Positions 58,179 to 64,000 of a stretch of 64,000 nt of DNA are shown here, piece after piece (the first letter of the stretch is position 1; every line of letters starts with the position of its first letter). The notes under the pieces were generated by a model. The model was not told where the DNA came from. It worked only from the letters and a program-made list of their open reading frames with translations, and ran no database searches. The position numbers were made by a program, and so were the translations under genes. The DNA is from a virus. Its lineage: Duplodnaviria; Caudoviricetes. The stretch lies in IMG/VR virus record IMGVR_UViG_3300042561_002102, one strand, 5' to 3'.

Positions 58179-61100
58179 TTATTTATTCGGAATCTGAACA
58201 GTATCTCGTAAATCTTTGGATTTTCCGCTAAAAACTACTCTGTTTTGATATACAACTTCCCACGACAATAGAGAACCATCTACTATATTCCAGGACCAAG
58301 AGGATTCATAATTTGCTAATTCTTGTTCTAAAATTTCTTCTCGACCATCATCATATACTAATATAAATTTTATTCCAATATTATTGTTCGTAAGATTTCT
58401 AGAGAAGAACATAAAGTTATCTGAATTTTCAACTCTGTAAACACCCGTGAAGAAATCCTTGAAATTATTAGAAAAATTAGAGATAGAGGCCTCTGTATTC
58501 CAAATAGTATCTGTTAAAATACTATCCATAATTCTACCATTATGTATTTTCAATTCTTTCGGGTTTGTTTTTTCAAGAAGTCTTCTAAATAACACTTCTA
58601 CAGTTACAAAATCTCTACTATGCCACTTTTTTTGTATAAAATCTAAGTAATCACTCTCTTTACTAAATTTTGGTATTGTATCTAAAAAATAATCAATATT
58701 CCAGAACTGAAGATGAAAAGATATGTTATTTTCTTCAGTTTCTGTGGATTCATCGTAGTCGTTAAAAAATAACACCGCTTTTTGGTCATTACTCTCCATT
58801 TCAAGTGCGATATCATAGATTTTATCTAGTGAACGATTACCATATAGATCGTCACATTCAATTCTCACCACATTTGTGTATCCGAGTGATTTTGCTAAGC
58901 TCATTGCGTTATGAAAATTTACCATTACAGATAAACCGTGTTTTTGAACACCTTTTGTAAAATTTTTCAGAGTGAAAATCCATTTACTTTCAAGAGAGAC
59001 ATAATCATTTATAATTATTTCTTTAACATTTGAATATTCTTCACGAAATAATTGATTTCTACGATCATAGTAAAAAAAATCAACCATTTGTTGTATTTCT
59101 CTATCAATTGTTGTATTAGATACTAACATCAAATCAAATCCTCTAATTTTGAACCTTTCGATCTGCTGAATTAGTCTTTCTTTCACTCTTCTACTTGATA
59201 CATAACTATCTAAAATTACTAGAGTTTTTTCTAGACCTTTTATTTGGATATCAGTTTTTGTTAATTCTTTATCCCCATGAATATTTTTTGATATGAAAAC
59301 CACACCTTTTTCCTGTGAAGTGCCGTTTATCAGAGTTTTACAATCTTCTTCAAAAATTTGATACTGGTATCCAAGCTTAATGATTCTCAAAATTATTTGA
59401 TTTCTAAGTATATCTTCAAAGTTATCGTGGAACTCTAATATAATATTCTCTATCTTGAGTAAATTCTGATCAGAAAGACCCTCGAAGGCTTTATATTCAC
59501 TACCTTCGATGTCCATTTTCATGAGAGAGACTTTCTCAATACCAGAATCAGCAAAAAAGCTATCTAAGTCTATTGATGAAATTTCGAAATGTTTATCGGT
59601 GATATTGATGGCAGAGCTAATAATTGAATTGTTTTGATCTTCATAGATTTTTATCTTTTCTTTTTTATCCCAAACAGCGTTTTTTACAAGACTAACTCGT
59701 GAATCCTCACCGTGTAAATTATTAAATACCTTGACTGCTTTATCAGAAACCTCAAAAGCTATTACTTTTTTTGCTCCTTTATCTTTTGCTAATTCCGTGA
59801 ATAGTCCAATAGAACTACCAACATCTAAAATCAGATCAAGTGAGTTTATACTAGAAAGAAATTGATCATAAATTCTATCTGTAAAAAATTGTTCGAAATT
59901 TACAAAAATAGGTTCATAAGTATCGATTCTAAACTTTTTTTTCTGAACATTAATCATCTTTATCTGATATGATTGAGAATATAGTAAATTTCCACCATGA
60001 TCGTAGAAATCAATAAGAAATCCTGAGAAATTTGGATTTTCTGAAAAATCATAATAGGATTTTGGTAGTGGTATTGCCCAATAATTATTTTTATTTTCGA
60101 ATTTTGCATCAAATGAAAAAATAGGAATTTGAGTATCCATATCTCTAATACAAACCATCATATCGAAAGGAAGGTCATGTAAATAATTTAGAGTCAATTT
60201 ATTATCTGAACTATCAAAGTCAATATCAAATAATTTTTGGTTGAAAAATTCTGGTTTGATTAGTGTGTAGTTGTTTAATAAGTCTAGCATAGAGTATAAT
60301 ATTTTTGAATTTTCTTCTAAATCTTGGACCATCCATTTCAATTTCGAAGATTCTGTGTAGGTGTTCATATAGACGGGTATATTTCTGAGAAAAAGTGGTA
60401 TTTCCCAAGCGATGGCTTCTTTTATAGCAAGTGGGTTCGTTTCAGTATCACCATATCTACCTTCTGATGGGAAAATTACGGCATCCATACAAGAGTAAAA
60501 AGTATGAACATCGCTTCTTTCCCTCCAAATTTGACAATTTGGTGGTTTATTATCAATCAAATCTTGCCAATGACCCCTATAATTATCAGGAAGAGCTCCA
60601 ACAAAATGAAACTGAACATCAGGCATTATTTTTGCTAGGGAGAAGGTAAATCGTTGATTTTTTCTATTAGAGAAAAGTCCTACTTGAAGAACATGCCTTT
60701 TTGTAGGATCGAGTCCTAATGTTTTCATACCTAATTCCCTATTTCTCTCACCGGTCGTAATTTCATGCTCGATAATTTCGATGGGAATCCCAAGAGGTAG
60801 GAAATTTTTGACTTGCCACAGACTCACAACAAGCATCTTATCTGGTAGATACTTTTTCTCACGATGATCGATCGACGAGTCATGAAGTGTTTCAAATATT
60901 TTCCAAGTTCTTGATGGTGAATATATTTTATCTAGTAATGGATGTGGCAGAAAATGGTCTGAAGTTTCTTCGAAATGAACCACATCAGGTGAAATTTTCT
61001 GTAATAAGGTAAAAAGTTTTTTATAATTTTGATCGAGTGAAACCAATCTCGAACCAATCATCCCCTCTATTTTTTCTCGAATCGTCGTATATTGTTTTTC

Positions 61101-61217
61101 ATATACTAATTCGAAAACCCATACTTCGTTGTCTGTGTGTAATAGTTCTACTTTTTTTCTTAAATACTCTGGCATTCCACCAGTAGAAAGATGTGGTGTA
61201 ATATAAACTATTTTCAT
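58179..61217 (-). CDS. GT4 + FkbM methyltransferase multidomain protein
   Basis: PHLSTGG..PLAIKEAIAW; ILDVGSSIG..FE..MKMDIEGSE. Confidence 0.85.
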   Translation of the reverse strand: MKIVYITPHLSTGGMPEYLRKKVELLHTDNEVWVFELVYEKQYTTIREKIEGMIGSRLVSLDQNYKKLFTLLQKISPDVVHFEETSDHFLPHPLLDKIYSPSRTWKIFETLHDSSIDHREKKYLPDKMLVVSLWQVKNFLPLGIPIEIIEHEITTGERNRELGMKTLGLDPTKRHVLQVGLFSNRKNQRFTFSLAKIMPDVQFHFVGALPDNYRGHWQDLIDNKPPNCQIWRERSDVHTFYSCMDAVIFPSEGRYGDTETNPLAIKEAIAWEIPLFLRNIPVYMNTYTESSKLKWMVQDLEENSKILYSMLDLLNNYTLIKPEFFNQKLFDIDFDSSDNKLTLNYLHDLPFDMMVCIRDMDTQIPIFSFDAKFENKNNYWAIPLPKSYYDFSENPNFSGFLIDFYDHGGNLLYSQSYQIKMINVQKKKFRIDTYEPIFVNFEQFFTDRIYDQFLSSINSLDLILDVGSSIGLFTELAKDKGAKKVIAFEVSDKAVKVFNNLHGEDSRVSLVKNAVWDKKEKIKIYEDQNNSIISSAINITDKHFEISSIDLDSFFADSGIEKVSLMKMDIEGSEYKAFEGLSDQNLLKIENIILEFHDNFEDILRNQIILRIIKLGYQYQIFEEDCKTLINGTSQEKGVVFISKNIHGDKELTKTDIQIKGLEKTLVILDSYVSSRRVKERLIQQIERFKIRGFDLMLVSNTTIDREIQQMVDFFYYDRRNQLFREEYSNVKEIIINDYVSLESKWIFTLKNFTKGVQKHGLSVMVNFHNAMSLAKSLGYTNVVRIECDDLYGNRSLDKIYDIALEMESNDQKAVLFFNDYDESTETEENNISFHLQFWNIDYFLDTIPKFSKESDYLDFIQKKWHSRDFVTVEVLFRRLLEKTNPKELKIHNGRIMDSILTDTIWNTEASISNFSNNFKDFFTGVYRVENSDNFMFFSRNLTNNNIGIKFILVYDDGREEILEQELANYESSWSWNIVDGSLLSWEVVYQNRVVFSGKSKDLRDTVQIPNK

Positions 61218-61290
61218 GTTATTTTTATATCCCATATCCTGTAATAGTTTTTGTAAACAAATAACAAATTAAATATATACTATAGTGTAT

Positions 61291-61626
61291 ATGGAAAAAG
61301 TATTCAATTTTTTTAGTAGTTTCTTAACTAGTAATTTTTTTAATTTTCCCCAACTGAATTTCTATACACTCGAATGCATCGTATGGACTTTTATGATCTC
61401 TTGGCTTATTTCAAGATTCGAACCACTTCAGTGGTTTATTAAAATATTCCCGAATAACAAGCTAAGATTTCTGATAGAAACACTCACAACTTGTATAAAA
61501 TGTGTATCTTTGTATATGGGTTTAATTATTTCAGGAAATATATTTCTTCCTGCCTTTAGTTCTTTTATCGCTATGATTTACGATAAAACTGTTGGTCAGT
61601 GGGAAACAAAAATAAAATTTAAATAA
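61291..61626 (+). CDS. Membrane protein with CxxC
   Basis: Hydrophobic; TTCIKCVS. Confidence 0.6.
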   Translation: MEKVFNFFSSFLTSNFFNFPQLNFYTLECIVWTFMISWLISRFEPLQWFIKIFPNNKLRFLIETLTTCIKCVSLYMGLIISGNIFLPAFSSFIAMIYDKTVGQWETKIKFK

Positions 61627-61627
61627 A

Positions 61628-61846
61628 ATGTTTACTATAGAAGATAGAAATGAACTAAATCGCCTTCAAGCGACCGAAACTCCAAATCAACAAGATATGG
61701 ATAAAATCTTTGAGCTTTACAAAAAGTATATCAATCCTGATGTTCAGGGATATACTACAGGTTGTAGCTGCGGTAACTCAATCACCAAACTTTATCAAGG
61801 ATTGATGGGTTGGTTTTTGATGAACGAGAATCAATTCGTTAATTAA
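61628..61846 (+). CDS. Hypothetical protein (GCSCG)
   Basis: ORF. Confidence 0.65.
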   Translation: MFTIEDRNELNRLQATETPNQQDMDKIFELYKKYINPDVQGYTTGCSCGNSITKLYQGLMGWFLMNENQFVN

Positions 61847-61850
61847 TTTT

Positions 61851-62096
61851 TCAATATTGTATCAATTCGAAAATCAATACTTGACTTCCACTTACCCAAC
61901 ACGGAAGATCTTCTCTTTGGCAAAAATCTTCATACCATTGCCAAAGATAGCTCTTGCCCTGAAGTTTATCAACATCTTCTTCTCTAACCTTGATGGGTTT
62001 AAGAAGTTCAATCGGTATATCTTGAACCAAGTCAGTTATATTTTCAAGTATAACTTGCTTGTTATTTGTTATTTTAACAAAAATACCACTTTCCAT
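61851..62096 (-). CDS. Hypothetical protein
   Basis: ORF after TATATA. Confidence 0.55.
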   Translation of the reverse strand: MESGIFVKITNNKQVILENITDLVQDIPIELLKPIKVREEDVDKLQGKSYLWQWYEDFCQREDLPCWVSGSQVLIFELIQY

Positions 62097-62134
62097 AATC
62101 GGTATATATAGTTTTTTTTTCTAAAAAATATGAA

Positions 62135-62491
62135 ATGGTGAATATAAACAACTTTTTATCGAAAATCTCTTTCAAAACTATTAAATGGGACTATTCTTTT
62201 AGTCTTTTCAATATTTATATAAGAGATAAAAACACTTTTTGGGGATTCAGTATTCTTTCCTTTACTGGTTCTAGACAAAAATATTCGTTTTTAGAACTTA
62301 TTGTTGTCTTACCCAATTTCACAAACTACAAAACATTGGTTTGGTGGTCATTTGATCTTTTTTTCTTGAAAAACTACCTTAGTGATCAATGGGAAAAAGA
62401 AAGAGAAAGACTTATTTGGTCAGAAGAGTATAGAGACAAGACCATTTTTGCCAGGTTTGCTCAAAAATTAAATGATTTTATAAAAAAATGA
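62135..62491 (+). CDS. Hypothetical protein
   Basis: ORF. Confidence 0.6.
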   Translation: MVNINNFLSKISFKTIKWDYSFSLFNIYIRDKNTFWGFSILSFTGSRQKYSFLELIVVLPNFTNYKTLVWWSFDLFFLKNYLSDQWEKERERLIWSEEYRDKTIFARFAQKLNDFIKK

Positions 62492-63018
62492 TAAAAAGAA
62501 CAATTAAAGAAAGAAAACACCGCCTCAACTCAGAAGTTAGATATGATAAAGTTCGACTTATCGAAGAGAGTGGTAGTAGAATCATGAGTTCACTTGAAGC
62601 TTCGATTCTAGCAAAAAACGCTGGTTTGGATCTTATCTTAATTAACGATAAATCCGATCCACCCATAGTAAGAATAGAAGAATATTCTAAGTTTCTTTAC
62701 AACATAGAAAAACAAGAAAAGTTAAATAAGAAAAAACAAAAAGCTTCCGAATTAAAAGAAATACAACTATCACCTGATATTGCCGACAATGATTTATCAA
62801 CAAAGTCTGCGAAAGCCAGGGAGTTTTTAGAGAAGGGAAATAAAGTTAAAGTTTTAGTTATTCTCAAAGGTCGCCAAAAGGCACACCCACAACGAGGAGA
62901 ATTAACTCTACTTAAGTTTATTAATAGTTTGGAGGAGTTCGGAGATGCCGAGACATTTCCCAAATATGAGAATTTTAGATACAATGTTATCTTAAAACCT
63001 CGTAAAAAAATAAACTAA
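62488..63018 (+). CDS. infC: Translation initiation factor IF-3
   Basis: LNSEVRYDKVRLI..A.N.GLDLILI..PPIVRIEEYSKFLY..KEIQL..D..TK...AREFLEKGNKVKV. Confidence 0.93.
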   Translation: MIKRTIKERKHRLNSEVRYDKVRLIEESGSRIMSSLEASILAKNAGLDLILINDKSDPPIVRIEEYSKFLYNIEKQEKLNKKKQKASELKEIQLSPDIADNDLSTKSAKAREFLEKGNKVKVLVILKGRQKAHPQRGELTLLKFINSLEEFGDAETFPKYENFRYNVILKPRKKIN

Positions 63019-63045
63019 GAAAAAAAATAGATTATAAATTAAGTT

Positions 63046-63534
63046 ATGAGAATATTGGTTAAACCGTCGGATTTAGTAAAAAGATGTATCTGGGATTATT
63101 ATGTGTATTATATTTTGGGAAGTGAAAAAGAAGCACAAAGACTTCTTGAACTAGATGAAGAGTTTGAGATCTCAGAAAGAGATGCTCTTATATCTGGACT
63201 TCTTAAAGTAGTAGAAACTGACAATCTCATCCATCGTTTTAATGATTATATGGTTCATTTCTTAACAACTAAAAGTGTTAAAGAAAGAGATGTTCTTTTT
63301 ATAAAAAAGAAAAATCTAGATATGTATATCAATAAATTTTTAGATAAATTTCCTGATTACTGGCAAGCGCCGATTAACTATCTTAACGCGTTGTCAGATC
63401 TAGTATCCTATATCAATACACTCAGAGCAGATATCGAAGAACTGGATCTGCATAAAGTTGTTGTTCAAAACACGACTCACGAAGTTTATGCATCAAATAG
63501 TGTAAAAAAACTTCTTTCATTTAACTATTATTAG
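63046..63534 (+). CDS. Hypothetical protein
   Basis: 162-aa ORF. Confidence 0.7.
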   Translation: MRILVKPSDLVKRCIWDYYVYYILGSEKEAQRLLELDEEFEISERDALISGLLKVVETDNLIHRFNDYMVHFLTTKSVKERDVLFIKKKNLDMYINKFLDKFPDYWQAPINYLNALSDLVSYINTLRADIEELDLHKVVVQNTTHEVYASNSVKKLLSFNYY

Positions 63535-63536
63535 TA

Positions 63537-63701
63537 GTGAATAATCTCGGATATCTTCAAGATTTAGTATCAACCTATCCGAATGATGAGGATTTAGGTA
63601 GAAACTTGAGAAAACATATTTGGAACATTTTCGAGTTGAGGAGCAAAAGAATTCACAAAGTAGAAAAACTTTTGAAACTTTTATCTAAAAAAACTAAATA
63701 A
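63537..63701 (+). CDS. Small protein (YPNDEDLGR motif), not in ORF track
   Basis: 54-codon ORF from GTG. Confidence 0.45.
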   Translation: MNNLGYLQDLVSTYPNDEDLGRNLRKHIWNIFELRSKRIHKVEKLLKLLSKKTK

Positions 63702-63721
63702 TCTATCTAAAAAATATTTTT

Positions 63722-64000
63722 ATGAAAATAAAACTAAGAGGAATAACAATTGATCCCCAGAAGGAGCCAGTAAAACTAATCTTCGAAACCCGACAAGAGA
63801 TTGAAAATATCTCTAGTTCAGAGGAATCTTTTACATCAGAAGATGAAGGTTCTACAGGTAGTGTAGAACATCTTTTGTTCAGTGAAAATTTCGGCGAAAC
63901 ATCTGAAAATGAAGATACAGCTGATATAGAAGATTTATCATGGAAAGATAGATGGATAAGATCGGTTGCTGAGTTTGAGAACTATAAAAAAAGAATCGAT
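63722..64000 (+). CDS. grpE: GrpE nucleotide exchange factor, 5' partial (runs off window)
   Basis: Acidic N-terminus, then WKDRWIRSVAEFENYKKR matching the GrpE LRxxAEFENYRKR motif. Confidence 0.75.
   Translation, partial: MKIKLRGITIDPQKEPVKLIFETRQEIENISSSEESFTSEDEGSTGSVEHLLFSENFGETSENEDTADIEDLSWKDRWIRSVAEFENYKKRID

Noticed and set aside
38265-63018. Bacterial chromosome origin suggested by dnaK, nusG and infC
   Set aside because: None of their conserved operon neighbours is present, and they are interspersed with baseplate, lysin and T4-like nuclease genes sharing a phage promoter motif.

Overview
This window looks like part of a T4-like jumbo phage genome infecting a Bacteroidota host rather than a bacterial chromosome. 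Supporting signs are Bacteroidota TAnnTTTG promoters, a T9SS cargo gene, T4-like baseplate, lysis and 5'-3' nuclease genes, and dnaK, grpE, nusG and infC lying outside their bacterial operons. The left 25 kb is the unusual part. (1) Two divergent, mutually inverted tandem arrays hold 18 paralogues (10 on minus at 1-6765, two of them broken; 8 on plus at 14000-19391) of a ~223-aa cysteine-type leucine-rich-repeat protein. Its constant parts are homogenised, while the predicted concave-face residues are hypervariable and shuffled in 63-bp modules. (2) The 7.2 kb between the arrays is a same-strand run of small unrelated ORFs punctuated by attC-like TAAC..hairpin..GTTA sites. Some of these sites carry a phage promoter plus a shared N-terminal leader that is fused in frame to the downstream ORF. 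(3) Three dispersed ~170-bp structured repeats show compensatory base changes and sit among a Dam methylase and an HNH-DGQH nuclease, with convergent host-type promoters and DnaA-box sequences. Many genes share a TAATATATA upstream motif and an N-terminus resembling the T4 capsid-targeting sequence, suggesting a diversified repertoire of virion-packaged, injected proteins. The rest encodes a tnpB-only IS, an ART-like protein, chaperones, UvsE, NusG, IF3, a glycosylation island and many small ORFs sharing a C-terminal R[DE]xK[IL]xx[IL]L tag. All functional calls are from motif reading only; no searches were run.
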